This document shows positions 1 to 12,181 of a stretch of 64,000 bases of DNA, in pieces. Within the stretch, counting starts at the first letter, position 1, and every line of letters begins with the position of its first letter. Location of the stretch: assembly GCF_006345805.1 (NCBI RefSeq), contig NC_043011.1, forward strand, positions 53,890,464 to 53,954,463. The letters are read 5' to 3'. The DNA comes from Octopus sinensis (Eukaryota). Both the position numbers and the translations under genes were made by a program. The notes under the pieces were generated by a model. That model was given only the letters and a program-made list of their open reading frames with translations. It had not been told where the DNA came from and ran no database searches.

Positions 1-70
1 CCTTGGAGCCATTTGTACTTGGCTACACAGAAAGAATAAATTTTCAAATTTTATTGACCATTTTATTGTA

Positions 71-231
71 GGCGTAGCAGTGGCTGCATGGTAAGTAGTT
101 TACTTACGAACTGCATGATTCTGGGTTCAGTTCTACCGCATAGCATCTTGGGCAAGTGTCTTCTATTATAGCCTTGGGCTGACCAAAGCCTTGTGAATAG
201 ATCTGGTAGATGGAAACTGAAAGAAGCCCAT

Positions 232-274
<43 letters not shown>

Positions 275-496
275 GTGTATGTGTCTGTATATGTTTGTGT
301 GTCTGTGTTTGTCCCCCCAACATCGCTTGACAACCGATGCTGGTGTGTTTATGTACCCGTAACTTAGCGGTTCAGCAAAAGAGACTGATAGAATAAGTAC
401 AAGGCTTACAAAGAATAAGTCCTGGGGTCGATTTGCCTGGCTAAAAATGGTGCTCCAGCATGGCCACAGTCAAATGACTGCAACAAGGAAAAGAGT
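71..496 (+). mobile_element. tRNA-headed SINE, family A, full length
   Basis: A-box-like TGGCTGCATGG, B-box-like GGTTCAGTTC, internal (TA)/(TG) tract, 3' CCAGCATGGCCACAGTCAAATGACTG tail; more than 12 copies in the window. Confidence 0.85.
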
Positions 497-1121
497 ATAT
501 ATAGTAGAGAGGCTGAGCAAAATAGATGCACACACACTATTCTTCTGTTCTAAAAGAATTGTTTTGCCCTGTTGAAATATATCTCCTTCCCTCAGTGTCA
601 TCTAAATATTCTCGAGTTCTACAATGAAACCCTTAACTGAATTTTAGAAAAGTGCCTTAATATTAAATTCCCAGAGAAAATTTGCTATCACAGTGGTCTT
701 GGAATCAGGGCTATAACAGATGTCTCTTTGCTCATGTTTTTGCCATCAGTATCAGCCACACATATTTCAGTTACCGATGTCATTCCAGATTACCTACCAA
801 GAGAAGTTTGTGGTGTATGTACAAATTGCCATTCTTTATGGTCAGAAAAATTGAGAAGCAGTTAAGCTTTCCCCCCATAAACCTCATCACAGATTCTGGT
901 GGTTGCATAGCTTATACGTTGTTTGGATAATTCAGCTCTGGCTGTCATTGGTTACATGTGCTCTGTTATATTAATTCTGTTCTGGTGAATGACAGCAAGA
1001 AAATGATATAACTCGCCTTCATGAAAATCGCTTACTCCTCTGTCTAGGATGATTTGTTGGAGTTTTTTATGGGCAGAGGGTAGGCTCCAGCACAGATTCA
1101 GATTAGTTGTTTGAGAATGTA

Positions 1122-1344
1122 TTACTCTTACTCTTTTACTTGTTTCAGTCATTTGACTGCGGCCATGCTGGAGCACCACCTTTAGTCGAGCAACTCGACC
1201 CCGGGACTTATTCTTTTGTAAGCCCAGTACTTATTCTATCGGTCTCTTTTGCCGAACCGCTAAGTAACGGGGACATAAACACACCAGCATCGGTTGTCAA
1301 GCAATACAAGGGGAACAAACACAGACACACAAACACACACACGC

Positions 1345-1375
<31 letters not shown>

Positions 1376-1533
1376 TACGACGGGCTTCTTTCAGTTTCCG
1401 TCTACGAAATCCACTCGCAAGGCATTGGTCGGCCTGAGGCTATAGTAGAAGACACTTGCCCAAGGTGCCATGCGATGGGACTGAACCCGGAACCATGTGG
1501 TTGGTAAACAAACTACTTACCACACAGCCACTC
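1122..1533 (-). mobile_element. SINE family A, full length
   Basis: Reverse complement of 71-496, with (GTAAAAGA)-type tail. Confidence 0.85.
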
Positions 1534-2089
1534 CTTGGATCCTTGATCAATATCCAGCACAATAGTCTACCAATCAAAGCATGGGATTCAATAAGTGTTC
1601 CAAACACACATGATGAGTTAGATGACCAATCATTACAGATTAACATAGTGAGCCTATTAGAGGTTAACTGACTTCAATATACCATAATAGAAATTGGTCT
1701 TGCCACAGCCCCTTGACCATTAAATAACCTTCTTGGAACTACCATCTTCAAAGTTGAATTGGTCAAAGCTCTTTGAAGTCACAGTAGAGCACTCGTTGGA
1801 CAGGTTGAACACAATTCTGATTGTATAAGGAAAATGTGCACATATAATGTTAGCTAGGAGCATATATGTGAAGGTGCATCTCCTAATTGGCTGTTGCATT
1901 TACAATCACAAGTTTGTGGTTTTGGTTTCCAGGTGCATTGTATTCTTAAGCAAAACACTTCAATTCACATTGCTCCTGTGTACTTAACTGAATAACTCTA
2001 TGATGGCCTGGGATACTTTTGAGGAAGAATGATGTGATCTCTGTCACTTACATGCTGCCCGGTGAGCATATGATTAGTTACTAGGTGAA

Positions 2090-2349
2090 AAAAAGGTAAA
2101 GTTACCTTCTCAAGTCATGCTGACTAATAAGGGCTGTTTTCCTGGTTTCCGTGATATATAAATTCCCCATATGAACAGGGCCCCAGTCCATTGCAGGATT
2201 ACTAATTTTTTCCAGCTTAGTGGACTGGAAATACATGAAATGAAGTGTTTTGCTCAAGAACACAATACATCACCCGGTCCAGGAATTGAAACAACAGTCT
2301 TACAATCACAAGTCCAACACCCTAACCACTAAGCCACGCACCTCCACAT
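2090..2349 (-). mobile_element. tRNA-headed SINE, family D
   Basis: Minus-strand head GTGGAGGTGCGTGGCTTAGTGGTTAGGGTG and GTTTCAATTCC B-box; homologous to 31113-31362 and 33848-34100. Confidence 0.75.
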
Positions 2350-2486
2350 GATTAGTGGCTGAGCTGGAACAGACTGAAATAAATAGAGAGGATGGAGTTC
2401 AGAAGAATTGAGTGAATAGATTTATTCGGTGTGAATACAACACAGACCGTAAGAAGTGTTGTTATCGTAGCCATTATTTAATCTCA

Positions 2487-2812
2487 AGATAAATGTATGA
2501 CTGAGATAAATGTATGACTGAGATAAATGTATGACCAAATCTGATAAATGTATGACTGAGATAAATGTATGACTGAGATAAATGTATGACAAGATAAATG
2601 TATGACTGAGATAAATGTATGACAGGATAAATGTATGACTGAAATAAATGTATGACAAGATAAATGTATGACTGAGATAAATGTATGACAAGATAAATGT
2701 ATGACTGAGATAAATGTATGACAAGATAAATGTATGACAAGATAAATGTATGACTGATATAAATGTATGACAAGATAAATGTATGACTGAGCAGATGTAT
2801 GATCAAAAACAT
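2487..2812. repeat. 16/17-bp minisatellite (GAGATAAATGTATGACT / AAGATAAATGTATGAC), ~19 units
   Basis: Directly visible tandem array. Confidence 0.9.
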
Positions 2813-3077
2813 TTTTGCATAACCATCCTATTTTTTTTAAGACACAGTGTACCATAGATAACCTTAACAAATGACTCTTTCAGTTTCAAATGACAAAGCA
2901 GTGAGATTTGAGGGAGTCTTGGTTGCTGTTTCTAGCGCCTGTGTTAGCTGTTATTTAGTCTCAAGTCAGTTTTGAACAAGCAGGCTTATAATCAAATATA
3001 TTTCAACTGTGACATTTCTTTCTTAAGACATAACCGATGCAACACACACACACACATGCACATACACACACACACAC

Positions 3078-3380
3078 TTTGCTTGCTTCATGCTCTTGCT
3101 TGATATGGGGCTGGGGTCATCCCAGGTTAGTGGCCCCAGAGATGTCATCATGCATAGAGCCAACAAGGTCCACTAGTGCTCTCCATCACTGGTGGTCTCT
3201 AGCTAGCCCCTCTATATTCTCCCAAGGGGACGTTGAGCCTCTAGAGATCTTTCCCAATCATGTCCAACCATCTTGTGCGGGGCCAGCCACAGAGCCTCTT
3301 TCAACCTACAAATGAGAGTAAAACTCTGATAGGAAGATCTAGTGGGCAATGGAGGACATGTCTATCAGTGCATGCAATGG
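3078..3380 (-). mobile_element. RTE LINE 3' end (ORF C-terminus and GCAA tail)
   Basis: Minus-strand translation HVLHCPLDLPIRVLLSFVG*KRLCGWPRTRWLDMIGKDL, then (GCAA)n-like tail. Confidence 0.75.
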
Positions 3381-3384
3381 ATAG

Positions 3385-4022
3385 CTATGAGGTGGGAAGC
3401 TCATTCTCCATCAACAGTGGGGTCAAACAGGGCTGCGTGGCCACCCCCAATTCCTTCAACCGTGTCATTGATAATCTGACCAAATCTGTGAGCAAGTCTC
3501 AGGTGTTACCTATGGGAACTACCACCTTATCCAACCTGATGTATGCAGACAATACCACCCTATTCAGCAGTTTGACTGACCAGCTTAGGGATACATTGAC
3601 CATACACAGAGAAGAATCAGTAAAACTTGGTCTTCAGGTGAGTTGGGCTAATACCAAGCTGATGTATGTCAGAGATAGTCCAGACCCTCCCATCTCCATA
3701 TTGGCCCCGATGTCATGGAATTTGTCAAGCTTCTTCATCTGTCTGGGCTCCACAGTAACCAACAATGGAGACCTGACTCTGGAGATCAACTGAAGATGCA
3801 GTCTGGTTGCTGGAGTTATGTACACCATACAGAAGCCTCTTTGGCATCACTGCTCTATCTCCTGGAAGATGAAGCTCCACATCTGCAAGACATTGGTCCT
3901 CTCCATTCTCTATGGAGCACGAACATGACCCATCTTGAAGACTCTAGCAAAGAGGATTGATGGCTTAGATAGTAGAGTGCTGAGAACTATCAAGAACATC
4001 AGATAGTTACCATCATGTTTCC
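3385..4022 (+). pseudogene. RTE LINE reverse transcriptase fragment, decayed, inverted relative to its 3' end
   Basis: SGVKQGCVA, LMYADN (YADD-like), KLGLQVSWANTKLM, LGSTVTNNG, LYGARTW motifs; frameshifts. Confidence 0.85.
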
Positions 4023-4321
4023 ATATATTTATATGTCTATGTCTATGTATATATATATATATATATATGTAAAGCTGCAAAATTATCACAGAACAGTTAC
4101 TCAGAGTTTCATGTTCCCATTTGTTGGACAGTTGTGATAAATTTTGTAGTTTTAATAAAAAGTATATTACTCTACCTTTGGTATTATTTGAGTACTATTT
4201 TTTCCACCTTGTTTTGCACTTATGGTCTAACTTCTCTCTCTCACTATATAAAAGTAATTGAGTCTATGTCCGGTCATAGAATGACCAATGGTTTCACATC
4301 CACAAATACACACACACACAC

Positions 4322-4370
<49 letters not shown>

Positions 4371-4510
4371 GTATGTATACATATATATATATATATATAT
4401 ATGAATATATATATATATTCATATTTATTTTCATGTAAAGTTATATATGAAAACAATCAAATATTAAAATGAAAGATTCATTCTGTAATTTTCAGTAGAG
4501 TAACATCTTT

Positions 4511-4566
<56 letters not shown>

Positions 4567-4568
4567 GA

Positions 4569-4603
<35 letters not shown>

Positions 4604-4656
4604 CATACATACATACATACATACATACATACATACATACATACATACATACATAC

Positions 4657-4799
4657 AATGATCTTCTTTTTTCAGTTTCCCCTCACAAGGCTTTGGCCAG
4701 CCCGAGGCTATAGAAGAAGACACTTGCCCAAGGTGCCATGTTGTGGAATTGAACCCAGAATCAAGTGCTTGGGAAGTGAACTTCTTACCACACAGCCAC
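4657..4799 (-). mobile_element. SINE family A, 5' fragment
   Basis: Matches the head region of family A. Confidence 0.7.
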
Positions 4800-5039
4800 A
4801 TTTTTTGACATTTGTCCTTTACTGTTAGTAATGCAGGGCTGTATTATTCAATGTAACCCCTGCTGTTTTTAAAAGAGAGTGTGTAATTTGAGGGAGATTT
4901 GACTGCTGCTTCTTGCAACCACATAGAATCTCCCTTGTTGGTTCATGGTATGATCCAGTAATGTGGAAGATGAGTCAGTGATCGGGAAGGAATGTTCGGT
5001 GTGTATGTTCTAGTGGGTGGCTGATGTGAATCTATTTGA

Positions 5040-6230
5040 TATGAAGATGGGTTGAATGTGAACAGAGGAGAATGTGATGAAAAAATGAAATAGAAAAGAA
5101 AATGTATGGTTGACGTATGTGTGAGAAAGAGAGAAGGAGAGAGGAGAGAGGGAGAGAGGAGAGGGAGAGTGAGTGAGAGACAGAGAGAAAGAGAGAGAGG
5201 AAGTGGAAACAGTGAGAAAGGGAGAGAGAGAGAAGTGAAAGTGAGGGAGAGCAGAAGTTGAGAGTGAGAGAGAGACAGGAATAGAGATATTTGAAGAGGG
5301 GGAGAGAGAGGGGAAGAAAAAGACGGAAAAGAAAGGAAAGAGAAAGAGAGAGAGAGGAGAGGGAGAGTGAGTGAGTGAGAGAGAGGAAGTGGAAAAAGTG
5401 GGAAAAGGAGCGAGAGAGAAGTGAAAGTGAGGGAGAGCAGAAGTTGAAAGAGAGAGAGGCAGGAATAGAGATATTTGAAGAGGGGAAGAGAGAGAGAAAA
5501 AGATGGAAAAGAAAGGAAAGAGAAGGAGAGAGAAAGAGAGATGTTGAAATAAGAGAGGGGAGTCAGAGGAAGAAGTGGAAAGAGAAATACAGGTACAGAG
5601 AGAATTGGAGAGAGAGGGAGAGAGATAGAGAAAGGGAGAGAGAAAGAGAGAAAAAGAGAGAGAGAGAGAAAATAAAACAGAGAAATTGAAACAAGAGAGG
5701 GAGTACATAGGAAGAAGTGGAAAGAGAGAGACAGGAACAAAGAAAATTGGAGAGAGAGAGGGGGAGAGGAAGAGAGAGAGAAAAGACAAGAAAGAAGTGA
5801 ATAGAGGGAGAAAGAAAGAGAGGAAGAAAAAGAAGTGGAAAGAGAGAGAGAGAGGGGGAAGAGGAAGAAGTGAAAGAGAGAGGGAGAGAGAGATGTGAGA
5901 GAGAGATATGAAGTGGAAACAGATATGAAGTGGAAAGAAAAACAGGTGGAGAGAGAGAGAGACTGATGGGGGAAGGAAAAGAAAGAATAAGAAGAGGTAA
6001 TAAAAATAGGGAGAGAGAGATGAGGTGAGGGTAGGGAGAGAATGGGGTGATAAAAAATGTAGAGAGACAGAAGAAAGGGGACAAAATGAGGAGGGAGATA
6101 TAGAGAAAGATGGAGGGAGAGAGAGTGAGAAAGTGTGGGGTGGTAAAAATATATTTTTGGACAGTGATGGTGGGGGAGAAAAAGGCAAAATGCAGAGAGA
6201 AAAATGAAAAATGTGGAAGAGACAGAGATA
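5040..6230 (+). repeat. Polypurine (GA-rich) tract with internal ~185-bp duplications
   Basis: Almost pure A/G; GAGAAGTGAAAGTGAGGGAGAGCAGAAGTTG...GGAATAGAGATATTTGAAGAGGGG occurs twice. Confidence 0.85.
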
Positions 6231-6325
6231 GATAGATAGATAGATATAGATAGATAGATATAGATAGATAGATAGATAGAGAGATAGATAGATAGAGAGA
6301 TAGATAGAGAGATAGATAGATAGAG

Positions 6326-6360
<35 letters not shown>

Positions 6361-6365
6361 GAGAG

Positions 6366-6416
<51 letters not shown>

Positions 6417-6445
6417 GAGATAGATAGATAGAGAGATAGATAGAG

Positions 6446-6484
<39 letters not shown>

Positions 6485-6489
6485 GAGAG

Positions 6490-6528
<39 letters not shown>

Positions 6529-6569
6529 GAGATAGATAGATAGATAGATAGATAGAGAGATAGAGAGAG

Positions 6570-6636
<67 letters not shown>

Positions 6637-6657
6637 GAGAGAGATAGAGAGAGAGAT

Positions 6658-6702
<45 letters not shown>

Positions 6703-6850
6703 GAGAGAGATAGAGAGAGAGAGATATAGATAGATAGATAGATAGATAGACAGATAGACAGGTAGATAGATAGGTAGATAGATAGAAAGAAATTGATTGA
6801 TAGATAGATAGATAGATAGATAGACAGATAGATAGATAGATAGATAGATA
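6225..6850. repeat. (GATA)n/(GA)n compound microsatellite
   Basis: Direct. Confidence 0.95.
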
Positions 6851-7369
6851 GGGTGAGAGAGACAGAGAGAGAGAGAGAAGAAGAAGAAGAAAGCGAAGGA
6901 GAGAGAGAGAGTGGGGAGAGGAAAAATTGAAATAGATACATGTAAGGCTGACAATTCCAGAATAGAGGTGTAATGTGAATGGATGAACAGTGACACAAAA
7001 AACTGAAAAAACAAACAGCTATTATCGAGAACTTGGCACGATAGAAGTTGGTGGCGGTGGTGGTGTGGGTGGGTGGCGGGGTGGTAGGAAGGGTAGGAGG
7101 GGGGAAGGGGTGACGAGGAGGCCCTGAGAAGGACTGATTGAACTGGAAAAGAGATAATAATGACAAAGAGCATCTCTTACAAAGATGGGCTGACGGGAGT
7201 GGGGGGGGAGGAGATAGGAGAGGCAGGGTGGCATGCAGGGTGGTGGTAGGGGTGGGGGTGTGGGTTTGGGGAATGGGGGGTTGGAGTGCAGATATCACAC
7301 GGAGCAATGTCAAGTCAGTTAGCCCTGACCAATTGTAGCTTGCATTGATACTGCTGCTGCTGCTGCTGC

Positions 7370-7381
7370 TATCAATGATGG

Positions 7382-7413
<32 letters not shown>

Positions 7414-7468
7414 GATGAGGATGTAGCTGTTGCTGCTGGTGATGATGGTGGTGGTTGTGGGGGATGAC

Positions 7469-7544
<76 letters not shown>

Positions 7545-7588
7545 ATGAAGATGATGATGAAGATGATGATGTGGATGAAGATGATGAC

Positions 7589-7624
<36 letters not shown>

Positions 7625-7651
7625 GATGATGATGATGATGAAGATGATGAC

Positions 7652-7718
<67 letters not shown>

Positions 7719-7790
7719 TGATGAAGATGATGATGAAGATGATGATGATGATGAAGATGATGACGATGATGATGAAGATGATGATGATGG

Positions 7791-7821
<31 letters not shown>

Positions 7822-7893
7822 GGTGATGATGCTAATGATGATGATGATGATGATGATGATGAAGATGATGATGATGATGATGAAGATGATGAC

Positions 7894-7929
<36 letters not shown>

Positions 7930-7965
7930 GATGATGACGATGATGATAGCAGTGATGGCGCAGAT
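7370..7965. repeat. (GAT)n microsatellite
   Basis: Direct. Confidence 0.95.
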
Positions 7966-8130
7966 AAGAACGATGAACACACAGCCACATTTCGACACAT
8001 AAGAAAACACATACACACTTATACACAACAAGCATCCGCACTTTCACACACACACAGACACACACACACACACACATATACTCATATGTGCACATACACA
8101 TACGAACACACATTAATATTTCCATTCAGA

Positions 8131-8340
8131 TGAAGGTGGCAAGCTGGCAGAATTGTTAGCCCACCAGGCAAACTGCTTGGTGGCATTTCATCCATCTTTA
8201 TGTTCTGTATTAAAATTCCACCGAGGTCAACTTTGCCTTTCATCCACTCAAGGTCTATAAAATAGTACCAGTTAGACTCTGGGTTTGATATAAATGACTT
8301 AACCCCTTCCCCAACATTGCAGGCCTTGTGCCAAAGCTTG
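8131..8340 (+). mobile_element. tRNA-headed SINE family B, older copy
   Basis: CTGGCAGAATTGTTAGC head and ACTTTGCCTTTCATCC core. Confidence 0.7.
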
Positions 8341-8418
8341 AAATATTTCTCTTACAATATTTACATAAATATTTCTCTTACAATATTTACATAAATATTT
8401 CTCTTACAATATTTACAT
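8341..8418. repeat. 3 x 26-bp tandem repeat AAATATTTCTCTTACAATATTTACAT
   Basis: Direct. Confidence 0.9.
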
Positions 8419-8424
8419 TGGACA

Positions 8425-8660
8425 GCAGCGAGCTGGCAGAAATGTTAGCATGCCGGGTGAAATGCTTAACGGTATTTTGTCTACCGTTACGTTCTGAGTT
8501 CAAATTCTGCCGAGGTCGACTTTGCCTTTCATCCTTTCGGGGTTGATAAATTAAGTACCAGTTTTGCACTGGGGTCGATGTAATCGACTTAATCCCTTTG
8601 TCTGTCCTTGTTTGTCTCCCCTGTGTTTAGCCCCTTGTGGGCAATAAAGAAATAAGAAAC
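8425..8660 (+). mobile_element. SINE family B, full length
   Basis: GAGCTGGCAGAAA A-box-like, GAGTTCAAATTC B-box, GCCTTTCATCCTTTCGGGG..GATAAATTAAGTACCAG core, AATAAAGAAATAAG end. Confidence 0.85.
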
Positions 8661-8855
8661 ATCATCAAAAACAGCAATAACATTTTTTTTCTTCTATTAG
8701 GCGCAAGGCTTTAGAATTTTAGGGAAGGAGTTAATCAACTACATTTGATCCCCAAAAGAATGAGAGACAAAGTAGACCTCGGTGGAATCTATTCACTCAG
8801 AACATAAAGATCCAGAAGAAAAGAATGCTGCTAAGCATTTTGTTCATGATAATTT

Positions 8856-9086
8856 TTATTTCTTTATTGCCCACAAGGAGCTACACACAGAGGGGACAAA
8901 CCAGGACAGACAAATGGATTAAGTCACTTACATCGACCCCAGTGTGTAACTGGTACTTATTTAGTTGACCCCGAAAGGATGAAAGGCTAAGTCGACCTCG
9001 GTGGAATTGAACTCAGAACGTAGCGGTAGATGAAATACTGCTAAGCATTTCGCCTGGTGTGCTAACGTTTCTGCCAGCTTGCCGCC
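8856..9086 (-). mobile_element. SINE family B, full length
   Basis: Reverse complement of 8425-8660. Confidence 0.85.
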
Positions 9087-9147
9087 TGATGATAATTCTG
9101 CTAGCTCCTTGCTTTTGACAGCAACAATAATAACAACAACAATGACA

Positions 9148-10290
9148 ATGGCTGGCAACATTGACAAAAACCAGCAACATTGACAATGACTGGCAACATG
9201 GATAGAAACTGGCAACATTGACAACGACCAGCAAAATTGACAAAAAACGGCAACATTGACAACGACCGGCAACATTGACAATGACTGGCAACATTGACAG
9301 AAACTGGCAACATTGACAACGACCAGCAACATTGACAATGACTGGCAACATTGACAATGACTGGCAACATTGACAATGACTGGCAACATTGACAATGACT
9401 GGCAACATTGACAGAAACTGGCAACATTGACAAAAACCGGCAACATTGACAACGACCGGCAACATTGACAACGACCGGCAACATTGACAACGACCGGCAA
9501 CATTGACAATGACTGGCAACATTGACAGAAACTGGCAACATTGACAATGACTGGCAACATTGACAATGACCGGCAAAATTGACAACGACCGGCAACATTG
9601 ACAATGACTGGCAACATTGACAGCAACCAGCAACATTGACAATGACTGGCAACATTGACAGAAACTGGCAACATTGACAACGACCGGCAACATTGACAAT
9701 GACTGGCAACATTGACAGAAACTGGCAACATTGACAACAACCGGCAACATTGACAATGACTGGCAACATTGACAGAAGCTGGCAACATTGACAGCGACCA
9801 GCAACATTGACAATGACTGGCAATATTGACAGAAACTGGCAACATTGACAACAACTGGTAACATTGACAACGACCGGCAACATTGACAACAACCGGCAAC
9901 ATTGACAATGACTGGCAACATTGACAACGACCGGCAACATTGACAACGACCGGCAACATTGACAATGACTGGCAACATTGACAAAAACTGGCAACATTGA
10001 CAACGACCGGCAACATTGACAATGACCGGCAACATTGACAATGACCGGCAACATTGACAATGACCGGCAATATTGACAGAAACTGGCAACATTGACAATG
10101 ACTGGCAACATTGACAACAACCAGCAACATTGACAACAACCGGCAACACTGACAATGACCAGCAACATTGACAACGACTGGCAACATTGACAATGACTGG
10201 CAACATTGACAATGACCAGCAAAATTGACAACGACCGGCAACATTGACAATGACTGGCAATATTGACAGCGACCAGCAAAATTGACAACA
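9148..10290. repeat. 19-bp minisatellite (ATTGACAATGACTGGCAAC), ~60 variant units
   Basis: Direct; the 19-aa periodicity in all three minus-strand ORFs equals 3 x 19 nt. Confidence 0.95.
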
Positions 10291-10714
10291 GTGACAATAA
10301 CAATGAGTGGATGCACAACAGGAAACTACCAAATGGCATGTCATACAGTATCATAGTTTTATCTCTGCATTCTGTGATCAAATTCCACAAGAGATAACAT
10401 TCTGGTCCCACTGAGTATCAAGAAATTTAAAAGGAGACACATGCCATACCAAGAATGCAGCAGGAGTTGGAATGTTCTTGTTCAGTTTTAAATGGCCATG
10501 TCATTTCTTTTGTCACCCATATTTGTATTTCATATTCGCTTTTATTATTGTTTTCTTTTTATCAAACGTTTGGACAGCATCTATACTGGAACCCTTCCTT
10601 AAATGGTCTAATCCAGTTGCTCTCAGTCATTTTTTTTTACCTATGGCCCCCATTGATTCCTATTTTATTTGGGTGGGTCCTCACAACCAACTGATGTTTA
10701 AAAATCCTTTTATA

Positions 10715-11280
10715 TTGGGTTGTCCGGAAAGTTCATGCCAATTTATAGTAGCTTACCTTTTGACTTATTTTAGAACATGGTTGAGTCCATAAAATAGGAT
10801 TTGACTACACGTCCATTTAGAGCACAGTTTAAGCTATCTTTTCATGGAAGAAGGTTTATGTTCCTATAACCTGTGTTAATTCCGTAACCCTTTAAAATGG
10901 AAGATAAGAAAGTTCATTTTTGGCACTTGATGCTTTGGGAACCAGACAAAAATTGCTGCAGCTCGACTGGGATGTGTTGTGCCACCCACCATATTCACAA
11001 GATGTTGCTCCTTTGAATTTCCACTTATTCAGGTCTCTGTAGAATAGTCTTAATAGTAAAAATTTCAATTTCTTGGCTGACGTAAAAAGATACCTTGATG
11101 AATTCTTTGCCATGAAACCACCTCAATTCTGGGAAGAGCGTATTTTCAAGTTAAAGGAAAGATGGAGACGCATTGTGCAACAAAATGGTTCATATTTGGT
11201 TGATTAAAAATGTAATGGCAAGTATTTATTGACCTTTTTCTTTCCTTTAAAAATCGGCACAAACTTTCTGGACAACCCAA
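10715..11280 (+). mobile_element. Internally deleted mariner transposon (566 bp) with both TIRs and TA target duplication
   Basis: TA|TTGGGTTGTCCGGAAAGTT ... AACTTTCTGGACAACCCAA|TA; transposase start MEDKKVHF joined to C-terminus WDVLPHPPYSQDVAP...RWRRIVQQNGSYLVD*. Confidence 0.9.
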
Positions 11281-11852
11281 TATTTTATAGAAATATTTAA
11301 TTTTTAATTAAATATTTTGAGGAATTACATAAAAGAAAACTGTTAAAATATTTTGTGTATTGTTGAGGTATAACCAATTTTTTACACATAACTTTTAACA
11401 ACTAAATCTTACATGGACCCCTCACCCACTCTCCAAGGGCCTTGTGAAACTTCAAGGACCTTATGGACCCAAGTTGAGAACCACTGGTTTAGTTGAACAA
11501 ATCAACCTGAGTACTTAATTCGTTAAAAAGTCTGATATTTATTTTATCAGTCTCTTTTGCTGGACCACTAAGTTAATATTATGGGGATTCAAGCAACTGA
11601 CAGTGGTTGTCAAGTGGTGGGGGTGAGCAAACACACACACACACACACACAAGCACACAAAGTTTACTGTACCCTTATTGGTGGGTTCAACGAAAATATA
11701 CTCCATCTAGTGAGAAATAAATATCATATACAAGATTTACATGCTTCTGATAAGCAAAGTAACTTGCCTCTAATCATGAGGAATATAAAATCATATACAC
11801 ACATATACACACATGCTTTTATTATATATAAATATAGATATAATATAATATA

Positions 11853-11897
<45 letters not shown>

Positions 11898-12181
11898 AAC
11901 CTTCCTCAAAGTTTCTATCTATCAAAGTCAATCACGAGGCATTGGTCATTCTGGGGCTATACATGAAGACACTTGGCCAAGTTGCATATATATAAGCATA
12001 TATATATATATATATGCTTATATATGCTTATATATCTATATGCATATATCTATATGTATAGATACATACATACATATATATAGATACATATATATATGTG
12101 TGTGTATATATATATATATATATATTAATATATAGGTTAAAAAATTAAGACGTATGTGTATTACATAAATAATATTTTCAG

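Noticed and set aside
71-150. tRNA genes at SINE heads
   Set aside because: A/B boxes only; no complete cloverleaf; they continue into SINE bodies
600-1900. Unique sequence around a SINE with stop-poor frames (e.g. ELSKQRISYATTRICDEVYGG, minus strand)
   Set aside because: Several stops and no recognisable domain or splice structure; possibly an old TE relic, but unsupported
4943-8125. Long ORFs including 1002 aa (5010-8018)
   Set aside because: Translations of (GA)n, (GATA)n and (GAT)n repeats
9148-10290. CRISPR-like array
   Set aside because: The variable part is only ~7 nt and reused; no unique spacers, no cas genes, eukaryotic context
8961-10411. Three Cys-rich ~440-aa ORFs resembling metallothionein or keratin-associated proteins
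   Set aside because: By-product of a 19-bp minisatellite; no preferred frame
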